Positions 17,380 through 27,917 of a stretch of DNA of 64,000 nucleotides are shown here, in pieces; the stretch's first letter is position 1, and each line of letters starts with the position of its first letter. The stretch is from Patescibacteria group bacterium. GTDB lineage: Bacteria; Patescibacteriota; Dojkabacteria; J137. Under the pieces are notes generated by a model. It saw only the letters and a program-made list of their open reading frames with translations. It searched no databases and was not told the DNA's origin. The position numbers were made by a program, and so were the translations under genes. The stretch covers positions 1,023,745 to 1,087,744 of the forward strand of contig BOLA01000001.1 in assembly GCA_016861265.1 (NCBI GenBank), given 5' to 3'.

Positions 17380-18552
17380 GTGAAAGTTTCAAAATTCATA
17401 ATTCTAATTGTTGGATTACCCTTAATAGGTTGTGTTTTTTTACTTGTAACTTTCTTTCTTTTTCCGATTAGTAAATATCCTCTAAATGATTATCAACTAA
17501 GTGCTACAGAAGTTAACTCGTTGGGTACTGGTAATATTTTCCCGCGTGCAGCTAGCAGCTACAACGTTGATACATTCACTTTCGAAGTCCCTACAATCAC
17601 AAGCCTGGCGTTACCTGAAGGCTACGAACTAGATATGTCTTCAGCTATTCCAAATTTTATTAGCCCAGACCAGAATCAGCTTATAATTAACGCAACAAAA
17701 AACGACACAGGTAAGTATAGAATTTATTTAAAAGATCCCTTAAGTGATTTATACAACGAAGTATTCTTTATCGATATAAATCTAATCTATAAATCGATAG
17801 ATACACAAGCTCTAAATTCACAAATTCAAGATTATCTAGCTGCACAGGCTGCAAATTATGGATACTTTGTATACGATTTAAATAGAGACATCTCTTTTGG
17901 ATGGAATCAAGATATAGATTTTAGGGCAGCCAGTATGGTGAAAGTTCCTATTGCAATTACCGTATTAAGAGAAGTACAGGAAGGACGAATAAGTTTAGAT
18001 ACTGTTTACCCTTTACGAAGTGATTTAGTTTTTAACTATATGGTAGGCGCGGGGGAAAATCCTATAGGTTCTGGTTTAACTGTTAGAGATTACTTGGAAT
18101 ACATGATTATATTAAGCGATAACACTTCGCTAGCCCACCTAGACGCACTACTCAGCGATATTTATGGATCAGCATTAAATAGTAGAATTAAGCAAATTAC
18201 GGGTGTTGATTTTTATGTGTACCCTCCAGAAGTAACTCCAAGAAATGTTGCTACAGTCCTAAAGGGACTTTATAACTACAGTTTTATTGATAAGGTTAAT
18301 AGTGATTATCTTATAAACTTAATGTTTAATGCCGCTCCAGATTTAAAACAAGGAATCGGTTTAGGTATTCTATTTGCAAATAAAATTGGATTCTTAGATA
18401 CTACAGAAGATTTAAGTTATATGGATTCCGCTATTGTTTACGGTACAACAACAAACTATATCCTTGTTATCATGGATAAAAATCAGGATTGGGAAGTTGC
18501 AAAAAATAATATTAAAAATATTTCTACAATAATTTACAACAACTTAAATTGA
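17380..18552 (+). CDS. class A beta-lactamase-family serine hydrolase with N-terminal TM/signal and an extra N-terminal domain
   Basis: SxxK (RAASMVKV), SDN (ILSDNTS) and K(T/S)G-like (NKIGFLDT) motifs. Hydrophobic N-terminus. Confidence 0.6.
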   Translation: MKVSKFIILIVGLPLIGCVFLLVTFFLFPISKYPLNDYQLSATEVNSLGTGNIFPRAASSYNVDTFTFEVPTITSLALPEGYELDMSSAIPNFISPDQNQLIINATKNDTGKYRIYLKDPLSDLYNEVFFIDINLIYKSIDTQALNSQIQDYLAAQAANYGYFVYDLNRDISFGWNQDIDFRAASMVKVPIAITVLREVQEGRISLDTVYPLRSDLVFNYMVGAGENPIGSGLTVRDYLEYMIILSDNTSLAHLDALLSDIYGSALNSRIKQITGVDFYVYPPEVTPRNVATVLKGLYNYSFIDKVNSDYLINLMFNAAPDLKQGIGLGILFANKIGFLDTTEDLSYMDSAIVYGTTTNYILVIMDKNQDWEVAKNNIKNISTIIYNNLN

Positions 18553-18553
18553 T

Positions 18554-19354
18554 ATGAATATTCTAAACACAGTTATATTGGCTTTAATTCAAGGAATTAC
18601 TGAATATTTACCTGTTTCTTCTACAGCCCACCTATTAATTGCTCAGAAATTATTAAATATAGATGCCAATGTTCTATTCACTGTTGTATTGCAGTTTGGA
18701 ACAATAATGGCAAGTATATTTTATTTTAGAAAAAAGATAGCAAATATTATTAACAATTCAATACAGAACCTTAGAACAAAGAACTATAAAAATGATTTAG
18801 GATTATGGATTCTAGTAGGAATAATTCCTGTATTAGTGATCGGTTATTTTGTAAGCGGTTATTTAGATGTAATTTATTCTAATCCGCAAGTGATTGTATT
18901 TACTACAGTGTTCTTTGGAATTGTATTTTATTACGTGGAAGTATTGTATAGAAATGTAAAAATAAAAAAATCCTTTGAACAATTAACAATTAAAAATATT
19001 ATTTTTATTGGTTGTGCTCAGGTTCTTTCGTTAATTCCGGGAGTTTCAAGATCAGGTTCTACAATTACCGGTGGTTTAGCGCAGGGAATTAAATTTAAAG
19101 ATTCAATAGAAATTTCTTTTTTAATGAGTATTCCAGTTATGCTTGCAGCAACTGGCTACGAGTTAGTAAAGAATTTGAATCTATTTAACACAGATTTAGC
19201 GATTAACTTAGGAATTGGAATTGTTGTGGCATTCTTTGCTGGCTTGGTATCTATTAAATTAACTTTAGGTTTTCTGTTAAGAAAAGGTTTTCTTCCTTTC
19301 TTGATTTATAGAATTATTTTTGCCGTATTTATTTTGTTAATCCTTACAAAATAA
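18554..19354 (+). CDS. uppP: undecaprenyl-diphosphatase
   Basis: ALIQGITEYLPVSSTAHL is the canonical BacA/UppP N-terminus; the protein is polytopic. Its stop codon abuts the stop of the convergent ATPase gene. Confidence 0.85.
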   Translation: MNILNTVILALIQGITEYLPVSSTAHLLIAQKLLNIDANVLFTVVLQFGTIMASIFYFRKKIANIINNSIQNLRTKNYKNDLGLWILVGIIPVLVIGYFVSGYLDVIYSNPQVIVFTTVFFGIVFYYVEVLYRNVKIKKSFEQLTIKNIIFIGCAQVLSLIPGVSRSGSTITGGLAQGIKFKDSIEISFLMSIPVMLAATGYELVKNLNLFNTDLAINLGIGIVVAFFAGLVSIKLTLGFLLRKGFLPFLIYRIIFAVFILLILTK

Positions 19355-21715
19355 CTAGAGTTTAAAAAATCTTATTATAGGTACCTTTATTGCTTCGGTA
19401 AAATCAAAATAGACTAAACCTACAAGTAATACAAATGCAATTGAAGGCAATCCGATACTTTCAAATGTACCTGGTAAACCAAATAACGCTAACGCAAGTG
19501 CAACAATAAACGATAATGCAGATAATTGTATGAGCAACCTCGAAGGCCAGCTTGTCTTCGAAAGCAAACTCTTTCTAGTTCGTAGTGAGAATAGAATAAT
19601 TAACTCGGTTAATACCGATAACAAGAACCATTGCGTTTGAATGCTGTGGGGCAACTGATTTCTTACTAAGTAAAAGAATATAAAATCAAATAAAGAAGAT
19701 ATTAAACCAAATATTAGGGCAAACTTGAGTGTCTTTGCCATAGAATGGTGTTTAGGGCTCTTTAGTACTTCAGAATCTACATTATCACTAGCAATAGATA
19801 GTAAAGGAATATCTGTTAATAAATTTGAAATAAAAATTTGAATCGGAAGCATTGGTAAGAATTTTATAAATGCGGAAAGCACACCAATAGTAAAGAATCC
19901 TCCGAAATTGCCTGCTAAAGAATTTCTTAAATATTTATCAATGTTCTCGAATGCCAATCTTCCTTCTTTTATGCCGTTAATGATAACTTTTAAATCACCC
20001 GAAAGTAAGATAATGTCACTTTGTTCCTTTGCAATATCTGTTGCAGTATCTACAGCGATTCCAACATTTGCAAGTGCCAAAGATGGGGCGTCATTAATGC
20101 CATCTCCAAGATAGCCGACATAATGATTATTCTGAAGACATTCAATAATTTTGTATTTCTGTTCGGGATTACACCTAGTGAATACTGAATGTTTAGTAAT
20201 TTGCTCTACTAATTTGTCCGCATTATTAAAGTCTAGTTCTTCTGCGAGAACAACTTCATCGAAAGTCTTAATTAAGCCAACTTTTTGTGCAACGTATGCC
20301 GATACTTCTTTGGAATCTCCAGTGATTATTTTTATTGTAATTCCTAAATTTCTAGCTTCCTGTATTACTTTATCTGCGTCTTCTTTTATCTGATCAGAAA
20401 AAAAATAGGAACCTATATATTTTACTCGACTACCTTTTTTAAGTGCAAAAGATATTGCCCTTAATCCCTTTTGAGAATGCTCCTCAATCAATTTTCTTTC
20501 TTCTGGTTTATCGTTTTTTGTTATTCCAAATATATACTCGGGTGCTCCCTTTATAATTTCAAAGTCCTTAAACTTTCTGGCGGAAAATTTCTTTTCAGGA
20601 TCAAATGGAATTTCCTGCAACATAAATTCACTGTGATCAGCCACGTTATTTTCCTTTAGAAAAGTGAAAATGCACCTATCTAATAATTCAGTATTTTCCA
20701 CCGTTGATAAGTAGCTGTATTTAAGGAAATCGTCTTTATCAATTACTGAATGGTAAAAATCAATCGTGAGTTTATTAAGCGTTAGCGTTCCAGTTTTATC
20801 AGTACAAATTACATCAATATTTCCCAAATCTTCAATTGCTGAATTATGTTTTACAATAACTTTTTGATTACTTAGTTTTAGTGCACTTTTAGAAAGAGTA
20901 AGATTTGCCACAATTGGCAATGCTTCCGGAATAATTGCTACCGAGATTGCAATAGTAAAAAGTAGTAGACTTGTTATTCCTAATTCATGCTTAACAAACA
21001 CATTAACTGCAAAAATAATTAATATTGCAATTGCAGAAACAACCATAAACACTTTGCTTAATTTCTCAAGGTTCTTTTCGTATTCGCTTACTTTAACAGT
21101 AGATTCTGTAAGATAAGCAATCTGCCCCCATTTGCTGTCTTTGCCGGTTGCAAATACCTTTGCAGTACAGCTACCATTATTTATATAAGTTCCAGAGTAA
21201 ACTATTCCACTTTTCTGTCCTCTATGGTGTTTTAAGTTTATATGTTTATGTACTTCCTGGCTTTCTCCTGTAATTGCCGACTCGTCTACGGATAAATTAT
21301 CTTGCTCCAGAACAAAGGCATCTGCACATATAATGTCTCCCTTCTTAATATATATAATATCGCCGGGGACTACTGTAGATTTGTCTATTAGAACCTTGTG
21401 CCCATCTCTTAAAACCCAAACATGACTTCTTACAAGTTTTTCCAAATTCTTGAAAGTATTTTTTGCTCTATACTCTTGAACGAATCCGATTAAAGTATTA
21501 ATACTAACAATTAAAAGAATTATTAGTGCATCAATAATATTCCCCAATAGCAAAGAAATTATTGATGCTAATAATAGCAGTCCTATTAATGGTGACTTAA
21601 TCTGAGAAACTAATAATAAGAATAGACTCTTTTGCTTAATTGAAACTTCGTTGTGCCCGTGCAATCTTAGTGCCTTAGTAGCCTCCTTCCACGTTAGCCC
21701 TTTTATTTCGTTCAT
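19355..21715 (-). CDS. cation-transporting P-type ATPase (P2/P3-like)
   Basis: Phosphorylation motif ICTDKTGTLT, hinge GDGINDAPSL and TGES (ITGESQ). About 10 TM segments. Confidence 0.9.
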   Translation of the reverse strand: MNEIKGLTWKEATKALRLHGHNEVSIKQKSLFLLLVSQIKSPLIGLLLLASIISLLLGNIIDALIILLIVSINTLIGFVQEYRAKNTFKNLEKLVRSHVWVLRDGHKVLIDKSTVVPGDIIYIKKGDIICADAFVLEQDNLSVDESAITGESQEVHKHINLKHHRGQKSGIVYSGTYINNGSCTAKVFATGKDSKWGQIAYLTESTVKVSEYEKNLEKLSKVFMVVSAIAILIIFAVNVFVKHELGITSLLLFTIAISVAIIPEALPIVANLTLSKSALKLSNQKVIVKHNSAIEDLGNIDVICTDKTGTLTLNKLTIDFYHSVIDKDDFLKYSYLSTVENTELLDRCIFTFLKENNVADHSEFMLQEIPFDPEKKFSARKFKDFEIIKGAPEYIFGITKNDKPEERKLIEEHSQKGLRAISFALKKGSRVKYIGSYFFSDQIKEDADKVIQEARNLGITIKIITGDSKEVSAYVAQKVGLIKTFDEVVLAEELDFNNADKLVEQITKHSVFTRCNPEQKYKIIECLQNNHYVGYLGDGINDAPSLALANVGIAVDTATDIAKEQSDIILLSGDLKVIINGIKEGRLAFENIDKYLRNSLAGNFGGFFTIGVLSAFIKFLPMLPIQIFISNLLTDIPLLSIASDNVDSEVLKSPKHHSMAKTLKFALIFGLISSLFDFIFFYLVRNQLPHSIQTQWFLLSVLTELIILFSLRTRKSLLSKTSWPSRLLIQLSALSFIVALALALFGLPGTFESIGLPSIAFVLLVGLVYFDFTEAIKVPIIRFFKL

Positions 21716-21716
21716 A

Positions 21717-22751
21717 TTATCTAAGTAGTATTGATAGATAATCTCCGCTTATGGAAAGTCCAATTTGACTAATATTCTTATCTAGTATTAATGAATTTGT
21801 GCTTAGCTCATTAATTATTAGTGCCTCATTTTTATCTTTTATATTCATGTTTATTTCAGTAACACACTCTATCTGAGCCTGGGAACATCTTTCTTTGTAC
21901 GATAGTCCATTTGATTCGATAGTCGAAGCCTTTTGGTTAATGTCCATCCACACTGCGTGTCCAAGTGTTAAATTATTTAATGTGTCGTCTATTTTAAGAG
22001 TATTCAGAGTATTCTCCGCTCTGAACCTATTTAAATCACAGATAATCTGAAGATTGAGTAGTCCTGAATCACATCCGACATTAAGTTCCGGATCTTCACT
22101 GTCGTTAACTTGAATAACAGCGTTATTCACAGAAGACAAATCCAAAGAAATACTGCTTAAAGAAGATGGTGCTAAATCAATATCTTTTAGTAATTGAATA
22201 AGGTTTGTATAGTTTCTGTTAAGAACGAAATCATCTGTATTTATTTCACTGGTTTTAAAATTGTCCACAAGCCATAATGCTGTCTGATTCGCGGATGCAA
22301 TAATTGCTTCCTTATATATAGCCTTGCCACTTAGTACATAAATTTTAATTGGATTCGAATTAATAATATATTCGCCAGCCGATAGCTCTACGGAAATTAA
22401 TGGGGATAATTTAAGACTTAATGCGTCAATGTTTTTTATAAAAAAGACTCCCGATGCTGTTAAATGGGATTTACCGGTAAAGTTTGCTTTTATATCTTGA
22501 GATACCAGAGTAGTAACATCGTCTTTAATCTTTACCGATTCAGCAGTTTGAATATCCTGTGTATAACTATATGTATTTACACCGGAATTTGTAAATGCGG
22601 TGATTGGTTTACTGCCCAAGCTATTGGCCAAAAATCCATTAGGATTGCTGACTGAAAAGTATAGTGTTAAAACAAATGATATTAAGAAAACAACAAGAGC
22701 AAATGTTGTTATTGTTTTTTGTATTAAATTCAAGTTAAACATAATCAACAA
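21717..22751 (-). CDS. hypothetical membrane-anchored protein, probably co-transcribed with the P-type ATPase
   Basis: N-terminal TM helix. Its stop lies 1 nt from the ATPase start. Confidence 0.5.
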   Translation of the reverse strand: MLIMFNLNLIQKTITTFALVVFLISFVLTLYFSVSNPNGFLANSLGSKPITAFTNSGVNTYSYTQDIQTAESVKIKDDVTTLVSQDIKANFTGKSHLTASGVFFIKNIDALSLKLSPLISVELSAGEYIINSNPIKIYVLSGKAIYKEAIIASANQTALWLVDNFKTSEINTDDFVLNRNYTNLIQLLKDIDLAPSSLSSISLDLSSVNNAVIQVNDSEDPELNVGCDSGLLNLQIICDLNRFRAENTLNTLKIDDTLNNLTLGHAVWMDINQKASTIESNGLSYKERCSQAQIECVTEINMNIKDKNEALIINELSTNSLILDKNISQIGLSISGDYLSILLR

Positions 22752-22874
22752 TATAATATCAGTATTTGCTTTTAAGTTAAATTGAGATAGGCTTACTTCT
22801 TGTTTAAAAATAGCAAAAATTGTATTATCAAATCGTTTAAATGTAATACAACATTAATTTTTTATAAAATTACT

Positions 22875-23519
22875 ATGGCAAATATTGATAGAAAACCAAG
22901 CAAAATTATGCCGAATCTTCAGCATATATTACCTGCATATGCTAATAAAGAGGATGGTGTAGTTAATGCTCTTGTGGAAATAAATGCTACAAGTAGGTAC
23001 AAATTTGAATTAATCACCGAAACTGGCCACATAAAATTAGATAGAGTCGGATATTCAAGTTTGGTTTATCCTCTAGCCTATGGATTAATTCCAATGACAT
23101 GGGATCTAGACGGTGATTTGTTGGATATTGTTATTGCGGGTATTGATGAACCTTTGCCAGCTGGTTGTTTAGTTGAAGCTAGAGTAATAGGAATAATGAA
23201 GTTTATAGATGGAGGCGAAGAAGATGATAAAGTAATTGCAGTATTAAACGACGATAAAAGAATGAATCATATTAAAACAGTAGAAGATTTAGGAGAGCAC
23301 ATGCAAAAGGAATTGGCTTACTACTTTGAGCATTACAAAGATCTGAAAAAACCAGGTACAGGTGAAGTTAAAGGATTCTTAAATTCAGAAGAAGCCCACA
23401 AAACAATAGCTGAATGCGAACAAAGATATAACAGTGACTACGCACCAAAGTTATGCAATTGTGATCATTGTGAAGAATGTAAACAAGATGGAAACTGCTG
23501 TGGAAATTGTGAGTGTTAA
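22875..23519 (+). CDS. ppa: family I inorganic pyrophosphatase with a Cys-rich C-terminal tail
   Basis: ...GLIPMTWDLDGDLLDIVI... (DxDPxD-type PPase active site). The tail is CNCDHCEECKQDGNCCGNCEC. The ATG at 22875 (MANIDRK...) is preferred over the track start at 22800. Confidence 0.8.
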   Translation: MANIDRKPSKIMPNLQHILPAYANKEDGVVNALVEINATSRYKFELITETGHIKLDRVGYSSLVYPLAYGLIPMTWDLDGDLLDIVIAGIDEPLPAGCLVEARVIGIMKFIDGGEEDDKVIAVLNDDKRMNHIKTVEDLGEHMQKELAYYFEHYKDLKKPGTGEVKGFLNSEEAHKTIAECEQRYNSDYAPKLCNCDHCEECKQDGNCCGNCEC

Positions 23520-23542
23520 CTGAAGCTGACTTTTGCACTAAA

Positions 23543-23580
23543 GAAGCCCGAAGAGAATATTATTCTTCTCGGGCTTTTTA
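23543..23580 (+). terminator. rho-independent terminator of ppa
   Basis: gcccgaagagaa-tattat-ttcttctcgggc followed by ttttt. Confidence 0.65.
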
Positions 23581-23662
23581 CGTGCTTGTTAAGTTTATTC
23601 TTATTATAGACCTAAACTTGAAAATTTCCAATAGATTTTGACAGAATTTAAAATAAAGTTAA

Positions 23663-23690
23663 AAAAGCCGGCCTGGGGTCGGCTTTTAAC
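23663..23690. terminator. bidirectional hairpin terminator (serves the minus-strand ABC gene)
   Basis: aaaaaa-gccggcctggggtcggc-tttt. Confidence 0.5.
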
Positions 23691-23705
23691 CTTCGCTAAT
23701 TTATC

Positions 23706-25520
23706 TTAAATATATCCTTTTGCCTGGGTGTTAAAGGCTTCGGCATATTTGCCATTAATATCAAGTAACTCTGAATGGGTACCCTGCTCCACAATTTGAC
23801 CTTTGTCCAACACGTATATTTTGTCTGCCTTACGAACGGTTGAAAACCTATGCGAAACAATTATTACTGATTTTCCAATAGAAAACTCATAAAGTCTTTC
23901 AAATATTTCAAATTCAGCTTTTGCATCTATTGCGCTTGTTGGTTCATCTAATATAAGAATAGGTGCGTCTCTAAAGAATGCTCTAGCTAATGCAATTCTC
24001 TGCCATTGTCCGCCTGAAGGATTAATTCCTCCCTCAATTGATTTATCTAAAATCTGCTCGATTCCTTTTGAATAAGCTTCTACAAAGTTTTGTGCGTCTG
24101 CCTTAAAAATGGCTTCTTCGACTTTTTGTTTATCTCCAATATTTTTTAAATCCCCAAGTTCCACATTAGTTTTTACATCGAATTGAGAGTATCTAATAAA
24201 GTCTTGGAACAATACTCCAATTTTTGTATATAAACTTTCAAATGTTAAGTCCTTAATATTTGTACCATCAATAAGAATTTCCCCCTCTGTTACATCGTAA
24301 AATCTGCAAAGTAACTTTATTAATGTTGTTTTTCCTGCTCCATTAACTCCTACAAGGGCTATTCTCTCACCTGGATTTATTGTTAAGTTAAAATTCTTTA
24401 AAATATAAACATCAGCATTCGTATATTTAAACCAAACATCTTTAAATTCTATTAATGGTGCTCTGCCTGTAGCCTGAGCATTAACTGAACCTTCCTTTAT
24501 TGTATTTTCCAAATTTAAGAATTTAAAGAAATCTACCAAGTACAAACTATCTTCGTATTGGGAACTTAAATACCTAAAGAAACTGGCTAGTGAATTAGAA
24601 AAACTATTAGTGGACGCTACATAAAATGTCAGTAAGCCCAATGTTATTTCTCCATTCAGGGTTGCAACAATTGCAATAATCCAGAAACCTAAAGAACCAA
24701 GTGTGCTTAAGTTACCAAATATAGATTCAAGAAATGCACGTTTTACCTGGTTTTTCTTTTCCTTATCTGTAAAACTGCTATAAATATTCTTGACTAGATT
24801 TAGCAAGTATTGCTGAGTTCTGAATATTCTTAATTCCATTATAGAATCTTCCCTGCTTAGTACATCTTTTGCCCACCAATACTTTCTTCTATCAAGAGAG
24901 CTACCGTCCCAGATATCCCAAGATTCGCTGCCTAGTTTAATATTAGCTATTAACCCTGGAATTGTAGTGGCAAGAACTAGTAAAAACGCCGGTAGTGAGA
25001 AGGTCAAAACAATAACTATACTCGAAATTATCTTTACAAAGTCACCCAGCATCCATACAAATCTATTAGCTACATTTGAAGGTTTATAGTCGTACATGTC
25101 TTTGACTTTTTGAATAAGATTATTGGTCTTATTGTCTTCAAAATGGTACATGTCTAGTTCAGATATCTTTTTTAGGAATATACCTTCTATGTGTTTTCTA
25201 ACTGAAAAATAGTGACTTTTTTCTGCCAAGGCAAAACAAGCCCAGCAAATCTTATCGATTACGGTTATAACTATAATAGCAATTAAAAACGTAATTAAAG
25301 TGCTGAAAACCCTATCCTGCTGTGCAACTGTAAGTAGGTAGACTATCTCGTCAATAACCTTACTATCCAGGAAGTTAATTGCAAATGGCGTTAATGAGAC
25401 TATTAAAAGGCATACTAATAAACCAATAAACGACAGTTTATCGGCCATAAAGGTAAGCTTTATAATCTTTATAAATGCTTTTAGAATTTCTTTTTTACTT
25501 TTTGTAGTTTGTTTTTCCAT
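23706..25520 (-). CDS. ABC exporter, fused permease + ATPase
   Basis: Walker A GVNGAGKTTL, signature PSGGQWQRIALARA, Walker B ILILDEPTSAID. N-terminal six-TM domain. Confidence 0.85.
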   Translation of the reverse strand: MEKQTTKSKKEILKAFIKIIKLTFMADKLSFIGLLVCLLIVSLTPFAINFLDSKVIDEIVYLLTVAQQDRVFSTLITFLIAIIVITVIDKICWACFALAEKSHYFSVRKHIEGIFLKKISELDMYHFEDNKTNNLIQKVKDMYDYKPSNVANRFVWMLGDFVKIISSIVIVLTFSLPAFLLVLATTIPGLIANIKLGSESWDIWDGSSLDRRKYWWAKDVLSREDSIMELRIFRTQQYLLNLVKNIYSSFTDKEKKNQVKRAFLESIFGNLSTLGSLGFWIIAIVATLNGEITLGLLTFYVASTNSFSNSLASFFRYLSSQYEDSLYLVDFFKFLNLENTIKEGSVNAQATGRAPLIEFKDVWFKYTNADVYILKNFNLTINPGERIALVGVNGAGKTTLIKLLCRFYDVTEGEILIDGTNIKDLTFESLYTKIGVLFQDFIRYSQFDVKTNVELGDLKNIGDKQKVEEAIFKADAQNFVEAYSKGIEQILDKSIEGGINPSGGQWQRIALARAFFRDAPILILDEPTSAIDAKAEFEIFERLYEFSIGKSVIIVSHRFSTVRKADKIYVLDKGQIVEQGTHSELLDINGKYAEAFNTQAKGYI

Positions 25521-25625
25521 CTCGGCATTATAACTCCAATTATTAATTTCAGTCTATATCTTTATTATATATACATTTAATTTAGATAAACGATTAAAAT
25601 AGGAAATAAACTAAAAATAATAACA

Positions 25626-26579
25626 ATGAAAAATTTAGTTAAAATTCTACTGATACTTATAATAATAGTTTCTATAGTATGTATTCCACCACTAGTTATA
25701 CAGCTTCCTAGTGCCGAATTCAATTCTTCGCAGGACTCAGTTACATCTTCAGATATAGGTGAATTCATTAATATAGATGGTATTTTAGTTTATGTTGAAG
25801 ATCTTAACTCAAACTCAGATAAGGTAATAACTTTTATCCACGGTTTTGGAGGATCGACCTATTCATGGCGTAACAATAAGCAGTACTTTGCAGAAAATGG
25901 CTTTAGGGTAATATTAATGGATCTTAAAGGCTTTGGATTATCGCAAAAAGGAATAAATCTTGACTATTCACATGGTTCTCAAGCAGATCTTGTAAAAGGC
26001 CTATTAGATTACCTTCAAGTTAGTAATACTATTCTGGTTGGTCATAGCATGGGAGGCAACATTGCAACAGCTCTTACTCAAAAATACCCAGAAATTGTAA
26101 CTAAACTTGTGCTTGTGGATGCTGCAGTTAATGATTCTGCGTACCCCGGAATAAGTAAGATTCTAGGTGTTTTTCCGTTTCAGAACTGGGCGGAAATAAT
26201 CGCTAATGCATATTTTACAAAAGACAGGTTCAAGTCGTTGCTGCAATCAGCTTATCTTAAATCGGACTTTGTAACAGAAGATATACTAGATAATTATTAT
26301 CGACCGTTAAAAATTGAAGGGTGGCAAGGAACCCTGGTAGGCATAATACGAGACAGTAGTCAGAACACTCTTCCAGGTAGTTTATCCACACTTACAAAAC
26401 CCACACTAATTCTTTGGGGCGATAAAGACCCGTGGATAAACATATCTAAAGGTACAGATTTAAATGCAAAAATTGTAAATTCTGCCTTTATTAAGATAGA
26501 AAATTCCGGTCATTTACCAATGGAGGAAAACCCTGATAGTTTTAATAGTATTCTTCTTGATTATGCCAATGGTATATAG
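25626..26579 (+). CDS. alpha/beta-fold hydrolase, secreted or membrane-anchored
   Basis: Nucleophile elbow VGHSMGGN, an HGFGG-like oxyanion region and an N-terminal signal anchor. Confidence 0.7.
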   Translation: MKNLVKILLILIIIVSIVCIPPLVIQLPSAEFNSSQDSVTSSDIGEFINIDGILVYVEDLNSNSDKVITFIHGFGGSTYSWRNNKQYFAENGFRVILMDLKGFGLSQKGINLDYSHGSQADLVKGLLDYLQVSNTILVGHSMGGNIATALTQKYPEIVTKLVLVDAAVNDSAYPGISKILGVFPFQNWAEIIANAYFTKDRFKSLLQSAYLKSDFVTEDILDNYYRPLKIEGWQGTLVGIIRDSSQNTLPGSLSTLTKPTLILWGDKDPWINISKGTDLNAKIVNSAFIKIENSGHLPMEENPDSFNSILLDYANGI

Positions 26580-26644
26580 ATAAGTGTTATACTATGCAAA
26601 TATCAATTTATTAGAGGATTAATCACAAAGATTTGACTTAAATT

Positions 26645-27814
26645 ATGAACCAAGGAATTATTCTACAAAGAGGAAAAGAAAGACCAATTAAAGACAAACA
26701 CCACTGGATATTTTCAGGAGCAATAGCTAAGGCTCCGAACTATAGCAATGGAGATATTCTACCTGTTTATTCCGCATCAGGAGAGCTGCTAGGTCACGCG
26801 ATGATGAATAAAGATACATCTATTGCTGCAAGAATGATTAACTTTGATTCAACAGATCCCGTATCCTCTATAAAATTAAATATAAAAAGAGCTATTAAAT
26901 ATAGACAGGAACTTTTTAGAGATCAGAATACAAACGCCTATAGATTGATTAATGGTGAGGGAGATAATTTGTCTGGCCTAGTAATTGATAAGTATAACAA
27001 TGTATTAGTAGTTCAAATTGTGAGTACAGGAATGGATAAACTAATTAACGAAATAGTATCGGTCCTTACTAATGAGTTGAATGTAGATTGTATTTACGAG
27101 AAATCAACTATTGGAGCAAGGAAGAAAGAAGGCTTACCAGATGTGGAAAGAATATTATTCGGGAAGCTGCCAGAAAAGGTTGAAATACTCGAAAATGGTG
27201 TGAAATTTTTAGTTGATATAAAGAACTCTCAAAAGACCGGTCTGTTTCTTGATCAAAGGGAAATGAGAAAGCTTGTGGGAGAATTTGCAAAGGATAGAAC
27301 TGTACTGAATTGTTTTAGTTATACTGGTGGTTTTAGCTTATACGCGGCAATTAATGGAGCAAGGAAAGTTGTTAGCGTAGATATTGCACAAGATGCTGTA
27401 AACCTATCTAAGGACAATTTTGTTGCAAATAAAATAAGCACTGATAATCACGAATTTAGAGCAGTAGATGCATTCGATTACCTACATAATCAGGAACTAA
27501 ATTTTGATTTTATAATCTTAGATCCTCCAGCATTCGCAAAGAAACGTGAGGATATTCCTAATGCTCGAAGAGGTTATTTAGATATTAATAAGACCGCCTT
27601 AAGAAAAATGCCTTCCAATTCTTTTCTTCTAACTTGTTCATGTTCGTACCATATGGATCAAAGAATGTTCGAAGATATAATAAAACAAGCAGCACTTGAA
27701 ACCGGTAGAAAGGTTAAAATCATTGCTAAGCATAGGTTAGCGAGCGATCATCCTCTCAATATTTTTCACAACGAAATGGACTATTTAAAGAGTCTTCTTT
27801 TGTATATTGATTAA
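26645..27814 (+). CDS. RlmI/RlmK-like SAM-dependent rRNA (m5C) methyltransferase
   Basis: PUA-like N-terminus followed by an MTase core with motif IV ILDPPAF. 389 aa is typical for RlmI. Confidence 0.65.
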   Translation: MNQGIILQRGKERPIKDKHHWIFSGAIAKAPNYSNGDILPVYSASGELLGHAMMNKDTSIAARMINFDSTDPVSSIKLNIKRAIKYRQELFRDQNTNAYRLINGEGDNLSGLVIDKYNNVLVVQIVSTGMDKLINEIVSVLTNELNVDCIYEKSTIGARKKEGLPDVERILFGKLPEKVEILENGVKFLVDIKNSQKTGLFLDQREMRKLVGEFAKDRTVLNCFSYTGGFSLYAAINGARKVVSVDIAQDAVNLSKDNFVANKISTDNHEFRAVDAFDYLHNQELNFDFIILDPPAFAKKREDIPNARRGYLDINKTALRKMPSNSFLLTCSCSYHMDQRMFEDIIKQAALETGRKVKIIAKHRLASDHPLNIFHNEMDYLKSLLLYID

Positions 27815-27917
27815 TCCTGAATTTATTAGGTAACAATTATATAAAAATTACTATAGGCCAAATATCCCTTGCTATACTTGTATAAAACAATACAACATAT
27901 TTTATTTATATCTTTTT

